Positions 48,055 to 58,591 of a DNA stretch of 64,000 nucleotides are shown here, piece after piece. How positions within the stretch are numbered: the stretch's first letter is position 1; every line of letters begins with the position of its first letter. Source of the DNA: Candidatus Omnitrophota bacterium (GTDB lineage: Bacteria > Omnitrophota > Gorgyraeia > Zapsychrales > Zapsychraceae); NCBI GenBank assembly GCA_029261055.1, contig JAJDCA010000080.1, forward strand, positions 8,952 to 72,951, in the 5' to 3' direction. The translations under genes were made by a program, and so were the position numbers. Under the pieces are notes generated by a model, which saw only the letters and a program-made list of their open reading frames with translations, searched no databases and was not told where the DNA came from.

Positions 48055-49473
48055 TTAAATTGTTAAAATATCTTCCTTAACTTCATCTAGCGCATCTTGT
48101 GAAACATGTCCTGCTTCGATTAAAGCTTTTATACTCTGTTGTAATGTATGCATTTTTTCACGCATTCCTGTCTGTATATAACTACGAATTTCTTGAATAC
48201 GATTCTGACGAATAATATTACGCAAAGCCAATGTAGCAACCATAACCTCCGTAGCAACGATCATACCAGTTCCATCCATTCGATTAATCAAACGCTGTGA
48301 ACAGATCGCCTGTAAAGATTGAGCTAATTGCGTACGAATGAGTGCTTGCCGCTCTGAATCAAAAGCATCCAATATACGCGTAATGCTCTGTGTAGCTGTA
48401 CCGCTATGCAATGTCCCTAAAACAAGATGTCCTGTTTCTGCCGCTTGTATGGCTAAAGAAATGCTTTCAAAATCTCTTAATTCTCCTATAACGATAATGT
48501 CAGGATTCTCACGTAATGAGCTTCTTAAACCATCAGCAAAAGAATTCGTATGCCAACCAACTTCTCTTTGATGTATGAGTGATCGTTGATTTGGAATAAT
48601 ATATTCGATAGGATCTTCAATAGTAATAATATGTCTTTCTTCATTTTGGTTAATCGTATTAATAAATGAAGCCAAAGTTGTCGTTTTACCGCTTCCCGCG
48701 GGCCCGGTAATTAATACCATACCGTGTCTAATACGAATAAGATCTTCAAAAACATCTGGTAAATTTAACTCTTTTATAGTAGGTATTTTGTAAGGTAACG
48801 GTCTGATGGCAACAGCGATACCATTCTGTTGCCGAAAAATATTGATACGAAATCGCGAAAGTCCTTTTATATCTAAACCAATATCTACGTCATGTCCTTG
48901 TTGAAATTGTGCCTCCTTTTTTTCCGGCATTATTTCTTTAATAAATTTATCTATCATTTGTTTATTTAATGGCTTCTCGTTAATCTGTTTGAATACACCA
49001 TAAATTTTAAGCATTGGAGTTTCTCCAACCGAAAGAAATAAATCCGATGCGTTTTGTTTAACCGCTTCTTCAAACCATCGAATTATTATTGAATCGTTTG
49101 CCGGTTCAATTTCATGAAAGGCAGAGCTATCAGTTTGCTTATCTAACGTTTCTTTTTTTAAAAATGTACTTGCGCACGTGGAACAACAAAATTTAAATAG
49201 TTTTCCGTGAATATTCATTTCAGAATATTCTTCTCCTTCTTTAATCTTCTTAGAGCAAAGTTCACAAATACCGATTTCACAAACTGTTTTATTTAAACCG
49301 GCAAATCTTTTTGGATTCATTTGAAAAGACTGCATACAAGACAAAGAACAAAATACATATTTTTTCCCCTCATAATCTTGAAGTAAAGCATTCGATTCTG
49401 CCGCTTTATCTAATACTTCCATATTGCATACAGGATCCCGTGCCATTTTATTCTCCTTAGACAAACCAAACAA
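48055..49473 (-). CDS. pilT: PilT-family type IV pilus retraction ATPase with an N-terminal extension of about 130 aa containing two TRASH/zinc-ribbon metal-binding motifs
   Basis: Intact Walker A GPAGSGKTTTLAS, ITIEDPIEY, His box and the C-terminal PilT region. The N-terminus has DPVCNMEVL...KYVFCSLSCMQSF (C-x24-C-x3-C) and CELCSKKI...KFCCSTCASTF. Confidence 0.85.
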   Translation of the reverse strand: MFGLSKENKMARDPVCNMEVLDKAAESNALLQDYEGKKYVFCSLSCMQSFQMNPKRFAGLNKTVCEIGICELCSKKIKEGEEYSEMNIHGKLFKFCCSTCASTFLKKETLDKQTDSSAFHEIEPANDSIIIRWFEEAVKQNASDLFLSVGETPMLKIYGVFKQINEKPLNKQMIDKFIKEIMPEKKEAQFQQGHDVDIGLDIKGLSRFRINIFRQQNGIAVAIRPLPYKIPTIKELNLPDVFEDLIRIRHGMVLITGPAGSGKTTTLASFINTINQNEERHIITIEDPIEYIIPNQRSLIHQREVGWHTNSFADGLRSSLRENPDIIVIGELRDFESISLAIQAAETGHLVLGTLHSGTATQSITRILDAFDSERQALIRTQLAQSLQAICSQRLINRMDGTGMIVATEVMVATLALRNIIRQNRIQEIRSYIQTGMREKMHTLQQSIKALIEAGHVSQDALDEVKEDILTI

Positions 49474-49521
49474 ACTTTCGGTTTGGTCAAACTTCTTGAT
49501 TTGACGATTATATTTTGTTAA

Positions 49522-49899
49522 TTACGATCTCAGTATCTTTTCGGCTTCAAACCAATCATCACTATCCTTTCCGTGACAACATCCTCTCTTCTCATAAAGT
49601 TCGTACGCCTTTGCTTGAATTTCTTTGTTTAAGTCAATCGGACAATTCAAAGTTACCTTCTTGAAATCTTTTATTTTATTTTTTTTAGTTTTTACAGTTT
49701 TTTTGACCATTTTAATATCCTTTCTTTTATTGTTATTTCCTTTTGCGGGAAGATAATCACAGCAATTAGCATATTTTCTTGGTTCAGATAAAAAATTCCT
49801 TCTACAGGTTTTACAACAAAAATAATAAATAATACCGTCGATAACGCCGCTGATATGTTTTTTTGAAGACTCTTTGATGCAAACTGGACACATTTCCAT
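49522..49899 (-). CDS. Small TRASH/zinc-ribbon protein with a basic linker and a C-terminal DUF2934-like tail
   Basis: CPVCIKE...YYFCCKTCRRNF. K-rich middle. C-terminal W.EAE.IL. Confidence 0.5.
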   Translation of the reverse strand: MEMCPVCIKESSKKHISGVIDGIIYYFCCKTCRRNFLSEPRKYANCCDYLPAKGNNNKRKDIKMVKKTVKTKKNKIKDFKKVTLNCPIDLNKEIQAKAYELYEKRGCCHGKDSDDWFEAEKILRS

Positions 49900-49933
49900 T
49901 TTTAATCTCCATATTTTTTAAAATCCTATTTTC

Positions 49934-50501
49934 TCATTTAACCCGATTAGGTTTTTGTCTTCTCTGATATCTTCTACTATTTGAGAAATTTCTTACTCTA
50001 ATTCCATTATTAATAGCCCCGCGCATAAGCCTTTGATTAGACATCCTTTTTTGATTGGGAAATTTTCGAGTTGTAATATTATTAGAAATACGTTTTTGAT
50101 TCGGATTTTTTTTCGCAGTAGTTCTATTACTAGAACTGTTGCCTCCTCCTGTCGTTGGTTTTGAAGAAGTAGTGTGTAAGCTGGGCGTAAACCCTGATTT
50201 AGAAAACCGCAAAGACCCTCCCGAATATTTCCCCTTCATCCCATCAACACGCATAACCAAACGATGAGATTTATATAATAAAAAATCATCCGGCATACTT
50301 TTTTTCATATACTCCATCGCATCATCATTCGCCCATAATTTCATCCAAGCAGCATGAATCTTATCCTGATCCTTTTCAAAAACAGCTTCTCTAAAATCTT
50401 TAATAATACGTATTTCAAAACTTTTTTGAGCATATCCGAAAGAGGAGAAATATAAAAAACTAAATAAAGCGATCAGTAAGATTTTCATCATGCCCCCTTT
50501 G
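49934..50501 (-). CDS. Secreted basic protein, hypothetical
   Basis: Signal peptide beginning MMKILLIALF, with a GGGGG SD-like element just upstream. The low-complexity N/R/T-rich C-terminus suggests a shorter start than the ORF-track call. Confidence 0.4.
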
Positions 50502-50632
50502 AAGGATACTAAACTGAAACAATTTATATACCATTCCCAACACATTCCATCCTGATAAGCCTACGTTTAAATTCTTTTATTTAAATCAACTAAGTTTTCT
50601 ATAATTTGTCTTTTTGTATTTTCTTTCCAATC

Positions 50633-50869
50633 TTAATGAAGATGTACGCCTTGCTCCTTTACAATATTTTTCTTACTTATAAAAAAAATATTCTCTCCCA
50701 TTTCTTCCATCGTTATAAGTCTTTCCCTTATTAACCATCCTAAGCTCATAAGAATATCCTCTTTACTGTACCCGAGATAAGCCCCAATTTCCCTGTCTGT
50801 TAATGGACCTTTGACTTCATCAAACAATTCTAAAATTTCTCCTGAAACGATACCAATGTTTATCATCAT
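50633..50869 (-). CDS. Small winged-helix-like protein (paralog family copy 2)
   Basis: GIVSGEILELFDEVKGPLTDREIGAYLG...LMSLGWLIRE. Confidence 0.5.
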   Translation of the reverse strand: MMINIGIVSGEILELFDEVKGPLTDREIGAYLGYSKEDILMSLGWLIRERLITMEEMGENIFFISKKNIVKEQGVHLH

Positions 50870-50941
50870 TTCACACCTCCTAATTGATAGTTTATAATTC
50901 CAATCACCTAATTTTCTGTTTGTTTTACCACCGTTTTGTCC

Positions 50942-51646
50942 TTAACTATTTTCTCCTACTAATATATAAATAAATCCTCCGTGAAATTCAGTCATTGAAA
51001 CTTTATTAAAACACTTCTTAAACGAATGCTGAGTCCGATGTGATAAATATTCCTTATCTACCCCAAAAGTTCGCGTGATGCTTAAAAACAAAGGCGTAAA
51101 AAATGAAAACAAATTGGAGGGTTCCTTACAATCAATAATCACAAATCGTTTTAACGGGTTTAACGCCAGAGCTACTTTTTTAATCACCTCATCGTACTTA
51201 AGAATATACCCAAATACACCAGTCGAGATGACAGCATCGACATTTGGAGGAAATTGGTATTGAACAACATCCGAGTGGATTAATTCCACATTATTCCAGC
51301 TGTTAAGTTGTATTCTCATTTTTGCTTGGGCTAACATTCTATCAGTAACATCCACACCAATAATTTTCCCGCTTGAACCAATCACGTTCTCAATGAGTTC
51401 AAAATTTAAACCTGTACCGCAACCGAGATCAACAACCGTATCTCCTTCCTTCAGCTCTAAAGCATCAATTGCCATTTTTCTGTACTTCTTTATATCTATA
51501 CCAACGAGACAGTATAACTTGGCTGTGAAATCATAATTTTGAGCTCTCCGACGGTATATTTCGATAACTTTATCTTTTCCCGCAGATGTAGTTTTTTTAT
51601 CTTTAACTAACACGAGGGGCTCCTTTTTAATGGAAGACTCTTCCAT
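50942..51646 (-). CDS. Class I SAM-dependent methyltransferase (UbiE/Methyltransf_11-like), first product of RND operon 2 by overlap
   Basis: VVDLGCGTGLN motif I and the acidic post-I motif. Overlaps the RND gene by 40 nt. Confidence 0.78.
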   Translation of the reverse strand: MEESSIKKEPLVLVKDKKTTSAGKDKVIEIYRRRAQNYDFTAKLYCLVGIDIKKYRKMAIDALELKEGDTVVDLGCGTGLNFELIENVIGSSGKIIGVDVTDRMLAQAKMRIQLNSWNNVELIHSDVVQYQFPPNVDAVISTGVFGYILKYDEVIKKVALALNPLKRFVIIDCKEPSNLFSFFTPLFLSITRTFGVDKEYLSHRTQHSFKKCFNKVSMTEFHGGFIYILVGENS

Positions 51647-54600
51647 ATGGCAAAGATAACAGGAATAACAATTAAGGTTAAAATAGTTGATGTAACAAGT
51701 CCTCCAATCATTGGAGCAGCGATTCTCTGCATAACCTGAGAACCGGCACCATGCATAAACATAACAGGCATTAACCCTATCATCGTTGTTCCCACTGTCA
51801 TAGAAACAGCTCGAACACGTAAAACCGCCGCATCAATGACCGCTTTGTTAACATCATCAGCGCTCTTAATTTCGCCCTTCTTCAATCGTTCTTCATAAAC
51901 TAATTTAAGATAAACAAGCATGACCATCCCTGTTTCTGCCGCCAAACCAAAGAGTGCTATAAACCCAATTCCAACAGCAACACTCATGTTATAGCCAAGC
52001 GCATAGATATACCAAATCCCACCTACTAATGAAAATGGCAATGCGAGCATAACAAGCAGACTTTCTTTAAAGTCCTTGAAATAAAAATATAAAAGAAGAA
52101 AGATGATGGCCAATGTTAATGGAACCGCAATGGCAAGACGCTTGTTTGCTCTTTCCATATATTCATACTGCCCGCTCCAGATAATAGAATATCCTGCTGG
52201 AAATTTAATATTGTCCAAAACAGCTTTTTTTGCATTTTCGACATAAGTTCCTACATCTGAAGTTGTTAAATCTACATAGATCCAGGCGTTAAGTTTCGCA
52301 TTCTCACTTTTAACAACAGGTGGTCCTTTGACAACTTCTATCCTGGCTAATTGCATCAAAGGAACCTGTTCTTTTCGAGGAGTTGGTACTAGCACTCTCT
52401 TGATACTTTCAATATCATCCCTTAACTCCCTGGCATACCGAATATTAACCGGATACCGTTCCAATCCTTCAACGGTGGTTGTAATATTCATTCCGCCAAT
52501 GGCTGTTTTAATAACGTCCTGCACGTCACCTACCGTCAATCCATAACGGGCTGCTGCCAGACGATCAATGTCAATATCCAGAAAGTTCCCCCCTACAACT
52601 CTTTCAGAATAGACACTTAACGTCCCAGGAACTTTACGAACGACGGCTTCGATCTTTTTTCCTAAACTTTGCAATACATTTAAGTCTGGTCCGGCAACCT
52701 TTATCCCAACAGGTGTTTTAATTCCTGTCGATAACATATCCACCCGTGTTTTAATCGGCATAGTCCAGGCATTCGTTACACCGGGAAACTTAATAGCCTG
52801 ATCCAATTCATTAATAAGTTTTTTAACTGTCATTCCCTTACGCCATTCTTTTTCAGGTTTCAATTGAATGATTGATTCCATCATGCTTAAAGGAGAGGCA
52901 TCCGTGGCACTCTCAATACGCCCGACTTTACCAAGGACATGATGTACTTCCGGAAATGTTTTAATGATTTTGTCTGTTTGTTGTAAGATCTGTTTAGCTT
53001 TTGTAATCGATATGCCAGGTAAAGTTGTCGGCATATATAGAAGATCTCCTTCATATAACGGAGGCATAAACTCTGAACCTAATTGTTTATACGGGAAAAT
53101 TGACAACGCAGCCAGAATGACACTGACAAGCAACACTGTTTTCTTTTTCTTTAGGAAAAGATTCATAATTGGTTTATAAATCGCAATTTCGCGCTTAACA
53201 ACAGGATTATCGTCTTCACTCCTAATTTTTCCACGAACAAAATATCCAATAAGAATAGGAATAATTGTAACTGCTATTAGACTGGACGCACCAAGCGCAA
53301 AGACCCATGTATAGGCTAATGGCCTGAATAATCGCCCCTCTTGTCCCGTTAAAGCAAAAATAGGAAGAAAGGATACTGTAATAATGACAAGGGCAAAAGC
53401 CAGAGCAGGACCTACCTCTTTACTGGATTTAATAACCAAATCCCAATGGTCGTCTCCTTCTTTTTTGTTCTGCAAATATTTATGGAAATTTTCAACTAAT
53501 ACAACGGCAGCATCAACCATAACACCGATTGCAATCGCAATTCCTCCTAGCGACATAATATTGGCATTCACTCCTTTCGCATTCATGATAATAAAGGAAA
53601 TCAGAATACCGACCGGTAGAGTAAATACAGCGACCATTGCACTTGGAAAATGCAGAAGAAAGATAATGCATACAAGCGTAACAATGACTATCTCGATAAG
53701 CAGCGTATTCTTTAAAGTATCAATGGAACGATTGATGAGTCCTGATCGGTCGTACGCAGGTTCTATGGTGACACCTTCCGGCAGGCCGGGTTTCAGCTCT
53801 TCGATCTTCTTCTTAACATTTTCAATCGTTTTAAGAGCATTTTCTCCAAAACGCATTACAACAACTCCTCCAACAACTTCCCCTTCACCATCCATTTCGA
53901 TAAGTCCTCGTCGAATGTCAGGCCCTGTATGAACAGTGCCCAACTCTTTAACAAGAATAGGAGTTCCGTCAGCGCTAACATCAACAACAATATTGCGTAT
54001 ATCATCAAGCGATTTGATATACCCTAATCCTCGTATCATGAACTCTGTTTCCGCCATTTCGATCAGACGTCCTCCTACATCATTATTAGAGCGTTTAATC
54101 GCCATATGGATTTTCTTAAGAGGAATGTTATAAGCAAGTAATGAATTAGGATCGATATCAACCTGATACTGTTTAACAAAACCTCCAACACTTGCCACTT
54201 CAGATACCCCAGGAACGCTAATCAACTCATATTTTAAAAACCAATCCTGAATAGATCTGAGTTCAGATAAATCATGTTTTTTGGACTTCAATACATATTG
54301 ATAAACCCACCCGACTCCTGTTGCATCGGGTCCCAAGGTCGGAGTGACCCCGTCCGGCAACTGATTGGAAACAAAATTTAAATACTCCAATACACGACTC
54401 CGCGCCCAATACATATCTGTCCCATCTTCAAATATGATATAAACAAATGAAAATCCAAAGAAAGAATACCCCCGTACAATCTTGGCTTTAGGCACAGAAA
54501 GCATTGTGGTTGTTAAAGGATAGGTCACTTGGTCTTCAACAACTTGAGGAGCCTGTCCAGGATATTTTGTAAAAACAATGACCTGGACATCACTCAAGTC

Positions 54601-54720
54601 AGGAATAGCATCAAGAGGGATCGTCCTCATAGCATTAATGCCAAAGACAAAAATAATGGCTGTGAGAATCAGTACGATCATCCTGTTTTTCACGGAATAT
54701 TCGATGAGTTTATCAAACAT
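51607..54720 (-). CDS. cusA: Heavy-metal efflux RND permease (CusA/CzcA family), system 2
   Basis: 1037 aa. MFDKLIEYSVKNRMIVLILT N-terminus and 12-TM topology colinear with system 1. Confidence 0.93.
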   Translation of the reverse strand: MFDKLIEYSVKNRMIVLILTAIIFVFGINAMRTIPLDAIPDLSDVQVIVFTKYPGQAPQVVEDQVTYPLTTTMLSVPKAKIVRGYSFFGFSFVYIIFEDGTDMYWARSRVLEYLNFVSNQLPDGVTPTLGPDATGVGWVYQYVLKSKKHDLSELRSIQDWFLKYELISVPGVSEVASVGGFVKQYQVDIDPNSLLAYNIPLKKIHMAIKRSNNDVGGRLIEMAETEFMIRGLGYIKSLDDIRNIVVDVSADGTPILVKELGTVHTGPDIRRGLIEMDGEGEVVGGVVVMRFGENALKTIENVKKKIEELKPGLPEGVTIEPAYDRSGLINRSIDTLKNTLLIEIVIVTLVCIIFLLHFPSAMVAVFTLPVGILISFIIMNAKGVNANIMSLGGIAIAIGVMVDAAVVLVENFHKYLQNKKEGDDHWDLVIKSSKEVGPALAFALVIITVSFLPIFALTGQEGRLFRPLAYTWVFALGASSLIAVTIIPILIGYFVRGKIRSEDDNPVVKREIAIYKPIMNLFLKKKKTVLLVSVILAALSIFPYKQLGSEFMPPLYEGDLLYMPTTLPGISITKAKQILQQTDKIIKTFPEVHHVLGKVGRIESATDASPLSMMESIIQLKPEKEWRKGMTVKKLINELDQAIKFPGVTNAWTMPIKTRVDMLSTGIKTPVGIKVAGPDLNVLQSLGKKIEAVVRKVPGTLSVYSERVVGGNFLDIDIDRLAAARYGLTVGDVQDVIKTAIGGMNITTTVEGLERYPVNIRYARELRDDIESIKRVLVPTPRKEQVPLMQLARIEVVKGPPVVKSENAKLNAWIYVDLTTSDVGTYVENAKKAVLDNIKFPAGYSIIWSGQYEYMERANKRLAIAVPLTLAIIFLLLYFYFKDFKESLLVMLALPFSLVGGIWYIYALGYNMSVAVGIGFIALFGLAAETGMVMLVYLKLVYEERLKKGEIKSADDVNKAVIDAAVLRVRAVSMTVGTTMIGLMPVMFMHGAGSQVMQRIAAPMIGGLVTSTILTLIVIPVIFAIWKSLPLKRSPSC

Positions 54721-54755
54721 ATTTTTTTGCTCCTTTCATAAGAGGACTTTTATCG

Positions 54756-56495
54756 TTAATAATCATCTCGTGCTCCGCAAAACGCAATCTTGGCACTAAC
54801 GTATGGGTTACCAACTTCCTCTTCTTTTTGAACCCAGGATTTCTTTTCCATCCCACAAAAGAAAAGTTTATACCCTTTTTCCTTGGCAGCGTCTTTTGTA
54901 TAACTCTTCATATACTGAATCATAGAATCACTTAAATCTAAAAATGCAGAACGCACTTTTACAATATCTTTCTCAACCAATCCGTCTGTCGTATTCAAGA
55001 TCTTCTCGACAATAGCTTTGGCATTTTGCTTTTCATCAGATTGTAATATGGCAGAAGCTCGATTCTTTATTAATGACGCTTTTTGAGCCATGTCAGCCAA
55101 CGAATCTTGTGCCAACTGTTTTCGAATAAAAAAGTAAGCTTCCCAAATATCATCCATGGCTTTTTGAGTACTTTCCTTAACGCTCATTATCATACCTTCA
55201 GGCATATCCATTTTCATTGTCTGGCTATCCGCTTTTTTGGCTTTTAGTATTTTACTGATTGCTTCCGTCAATTGACTTTCAGAATCAATAAGGAACTGAG
55301 CGGAGGTTACTACAAGCTCGCCTTCCTTTGCGCCATGGAGAATTTCATAAAAATCTTTTGTTTCCATTCCTATTAAAACATCTCTTGGCTCAAATAACCC
55401 TTCCCCTTTGTCAATAATCAGCACTTTTCTTTGCCCTGAATGAATAATGGATTCTTTGGGAACAGCAACAACAGACCGACTAGGTGCTGTATTAATTTTG
55501 ACATCGGCATACATATCCGGCTTTAACTCTCCTTCAATATTATTAAGCTCAATTCTGATTTTAGCCGTTCGTGTTTTACTTTCTAAATAAGGATAAACAT
55601 AGGTTATGGTTCCTGAAAAACTTTTCCCAGGTAGGTAAGACAGGGTCACCTCAGCCTCCTGCCCTACTTTGACCCAAGGTAATTCATATTCATATACATC
55701 TCCATAGACCCAAATTGTTGAAAGGTCAGCAATACGGTAAAGATTTTCACCTGGTTTAATATATTCTCCCTCCAAAGCAGTCTTATGAATAATTACACCT
55801 GTTGCCGGAGAGTGGATCATGAGTGTCTTACGGACTTCTCCTGATTGTTCTAATTCTTTAATATGAACTTCCGGAACATCCCAATATTCGAGTCTCTTTC
55901 GTGACGAATCAACCAAAGTCTGTGAACGATTACTTATTTCCTTAATATTGCCTTCTTTCATTTTTTGGTTGTATTCCAAAGCTAGTAGATATTCTTGTTG
56001 TGTCGAAACCAATTCCGGGCTATATATTTCTAGAAGAGGATCATCTTTTTTTACGTCTTGGCCTTCATAATCAACATAAAGCTTTTCAATCCATCCCCCC
56101 ACTTTTGTATTGATGTAGGCCACTTTCTTCTCATCATAAGTCACCCGCCCAACAGCTCTGATATCTCTCTTTAAAACTCTTTTGGCGATCACCTCTGTTC
56201 GCACACCAATATTTTGTACTGTCGCCGGATCAATTCTAATTCCCCCTTCAATAGGTTCCTCTCCTTCATACACAGGAACCATATCCATACCCATATTATC
56301 TTTCCCTGGCTTCTCTGATATAAATGTAGGGTCCATTGGAGATTGATAATACGAAATTTTTTTACCCCCTTTATCTTTTTGGGTAGAAGTTGTCTCGTGC
56401 TGATGTGCTGGTTTATCGCCTTTAGATTTTAAAAGAAAAATACTTAAGACCCCAACGGCAACTATAATTAGGACTAAAAACTTTTTATTCTTCAT
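54756..56495 (-). CDS. cusB: RND periplasmic adaptor (CusB family) with a C-terminal extension of about 170 aa
   Basis: Lipoyl/beta-barrel MFP core (residues about 90-400), followed by an extra helical C-terminal domain ending in a Cys-containing tail (FFCGME...FCGARDDY). Confidence 0.85.
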   Translation of the reverse strand: MKNKKFLVLIIVAVGVLSIFLLKSKGDKPAHQHETTSTQKDKGGKKISYYQSPMDPTFISEKPGKDNMGMDMVPVYEGEEPIEGGIRIDPATVQNIGVRTEVIAKRVLKRDIRAVGRVTYDEKKVAYINTKVGGWIEKLYVDYEGQDVKKDDPLLEIYSPELVSTQQEYLLALEYNQKMKEGNIKEISNRSQTLVDSSRKRLEYWDVPEVHIKELEQSGEVRKTLMIHSPATGVIIHKTALEGEYIKPGENLYRIADLSTIWVYGDVYEYELPWVKVGQEAEVTLSYLPGKSFSGTITYVYPYLESKTRTAKIRIELNNIEGELKPDMYADVKINTAPSRSVVAVPKESIIHSGQRKVLIIDKGEGLFEPRDVLIGMETKDFYEILHGAKEGELVVTSAQFLIDSESQLTEAISKILKAKKADSQTMKMDMPEGMIMSVKESTQKAMDDIWEAYFFIRKQLAQDSLADMAQKASLIKNRASAILQSDEKQNAKAIVEKILNTTDGLVEKDIVKVRSAFLDLSDSMIQYMKSYTKDAAKEKGYKLFFCGMEKKSWVQKEEEVGNPYVSAKIAFCGARDDY

Positions 56496-56524
56496 TCGAT
56501 CCCCCCCTATTTAATTTAAGAATA

Positions 56525-57811
56525 TTACTTTCCAAATTTTTCAACATTTATACCAACAGCTCTTTCAAGATTGGCAACAGATTTTTCGTAATCGGCAACT
56601 GCCCGATAGTAAGCAATTTTAAAATTCAAAAGAACCCGCTCAGAATCGATTAAGTTAAGGAAATCCGTCTTGCCGGTTTCATATCCAGCCTGCGAAGCCT
56701 TTAAAGATTCTTCTGCTTGAGGAATTAAAGCACCTTTATATAATTTCACTAAATCCTCTGCTGTCTTCATTTGAAAATGCGCATCTTTTAACTGAAAAGA
56801 AACACTGTTCTTAACATTTTGATAAATATTTTCGCTAGAGGATAAGTTATTTTTTGCTTCGTTCACGCTGGCTTTAATTCGTCCTTGCCAAATAGGAACA
56901 TTCACGGCAACCTTTCCCATCCATGCGTCTTGGCCATCATTAAAAGCTGAAGTATGTCCAGAGCCGACATCAATAAAATCCACGCCCAATGTAAAATCCG
57001 GGAAGTAATCCTTCTTCTTTAATGCAACCATGTCGGTATGCTTATCAATATTAATGGAAGCTGCCTTTAATTCCTGTCGATATTCTTCTGATAAAGCTGA
57101 AAGTTTTTCCAATGAATAGGGAAACTCTGTTAACGTAAAATTATCAATCTGTCCAATAGGGGTTTCAATGGGTCTACTTAATAAGGTATTAATTTTTTCC
57201 TGGAGGGTAACTTCCCGCTCTGCAAGCTTATAAAGTTTGGCTATAAGTTTAGAAATCTCAACCTGCGCCTTCATGACATCCTGCTGAGACGCTATTCCAG
57301 TAGAATATTTGCTTTCAGCAACCTTTTCTAGTTCGTCCAAAAGATCTTTAATTTCTTCTGTCATTGCGGTAGATTTTCTAATCCAATAAAGCTCATAATA
57401 GCTGTGCTTTAAATTCTTAATAACTTCCTGCACAACAGTTTCATATCTTTGATAGGCAATGTCTCTGTCCTTTTCTGCAACTTTACCCTTTAATGTCAGT
57501 TTGCCGAAAAAGGGAAATTTTTGAGCAATACCATATTTACCTATCTGCGGACCAACGCGTGTTTCAGGATTTTCTACAAAATAACCGGCACTTAACATCG
57601 GGTCCTGTAAAGAAACAGCTTGTTTAATCTTTTGTTCAGAAGCTCGAAATGCGTCATGCATCGCTTTAATTTCAGGGTTGTTCTCAACGGCTTCCTGAAT
57701 CAAATCATCTAAATTCACGCCATCCGTTTTTTGTGCGTATACAGCGGGTGTTGATATCGCAAAAAAACTTATGACAAAGCATGTTGCAAAAACAGTTCGC
57801 AAATGGTTCAT
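56525..57811 (-). CDS. cusC: Outer-membrane efflux protein (CusC/TolC family)
   Basis: Signal peptide. Duplicated OEP repeat with coiled coils. Confidence 0.85.
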   Translation of the reverse strand: MNHLRTVFATCFVISFFAISTPAVYAQKTDGVNLDDLIQEAVENNPEIKAMHDAFRASEQKIKQAVSLQDPMLSAGYFVENPETRVGPQIGKYGIAQKFPFFGKLTLKGKVAEKDRDIAYQRYETVVQEVIKNLKHSYYELYWIRKSTAMTEEIKDLLDELEKVAESKYSTGIASQQDVMKAQVEISKLIAKLYKLAEREVTLQEKINTLLSRPIETPIGQIDNFTLTEFPYSLEKLSALSEEYRQELKAASINIDKHTDMVALKKKDYFPDFTLGVDFIDVGSGHTSAFNDGQDAWMGKVAVNVPIWQGRIKASVNEAKNNLSSSENIYQNVKNSVSFQLKDAHFQMKTAEDLVKLYKGALIPQAEESLKASQAGYETGKTDFLNLIDSERVLLNFKIAYYRAVADYEKSVANLERAVGINVEKFGK

Positions 57812-57812
57812 T

Positions 57813-58115
57813 TTAATGCCTCCCCCGGGTTCTTTTTAATAAAACTAATATTTCATCGATTTTTTTTAATCTTTCTTTCTCATCTTTTTTTATAAATGAT
57901 TCTGTAACACATGTCCCTAAATGGCGGTCAAGAATTTTGTCCTCAACGCTCAAAATAGCTCCGACAACCGCATGTAATTGCGTTATGATATCCACACAAT
58001 ATTCACCTTTCTCAATCATCTTCTTTATTCCACCGATTTGGCCTTCGATTCGATTGAGCGCGATGATCTGTTTCTTTTGTGACAAATACTTTTTTTGTTT
58101 TAACATCTTAGTCAC
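57813..58115 (-). CDS. csoR: CsoR/RcnR family metal-sensing transcriptional repressor
   Basis: DUF156 fold. Conserved Cys in YCVDIITQLHAV (the C-H-C W-X-Y-Z fingerprint) and C-terminal LGTCV. Confidence 0.8.
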   Translation of the reverse strand: MTKMLKQKKYLSQKKQIIALNRIEGQIGGIKKMIEKGEYCVDIITQLHAVVGAILSVEDKILDRHLGTCVTESFIKKDEKERLKKIDEILVLLKRTRGRH

Positions 58116-58167
58116 CTTCTTTCCAACTAGGAATATACCATACCCCCCTACCCCTTGTCAAGCATTT

Positions 58168-58560
58168 TTATAAATTATTAATAACCTTGCCTATTTTGCC
58201 TTTAACTTCCTTGGCAATATTTATCAATGCAGGGTTGTCGATAGCCTGCATGGAGACAACAGGGTCAATAGCAGCTACTTCGCTTTTACCTTCCGTTACT
58301 TCTTTCACAATGAAATTACAAGGTAACATGAGGCCTATATTTTCCTCTGCCTGCAATGCCTGATAAGCTAGTGCTGGATTACATGCTCCCAGAATTTTGT
58401 ATTTTTTGAAATCAACATCGAGTTTTTGTTTAAGTTTTTCCTTTATATCTATTTCAGTCAGAACACCAAACTCTTCTTTCTCAAGTTCTTTAATTAATTT
58501 ATTAATTGTTTCATCAAAAGTTAAATCTAAGTATTTATGGAAATAATAGTCCTCTGCCAT
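58168..58560 (-). CDS. DUF302-domain protein
   Basis: Size and composition match the TT1751-like DUF302 fold, which is commonly linked to metal-resistance loci. Tentative call. Confidence 0.55.
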   Translation of the reverse strand: MAEDYYFHKYLDLTFDETINKLIKELEKEEFGVLTEIDIKEKLKQKLDVDFKKYKILGACNPALAYQALQAEENIGLMLPCNFIVKEVTEGKSEVAAIDPVVSMQAIDNPALINIAKEVKGKIGKVINNL

Positions 58561-58591
58561 GCCCCCACCTTCTTTCCTGAAACTTTAAAAT

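Noticed and set aside
51075-54799. Plus-strand ORFs within the methyltransferase and RND system 2 (51075..51263, 52328..52546, 52964..53179, 53384..53932, 53936..54133, 54529..54799)
   Set aside because: These are shadow ORFs antisense to strongly supported genes. The longest (53384..53932) is Ser/Thr/Pro/Ile-rich low-complexity sequence typical of antisense translation of membrane-protein genes.
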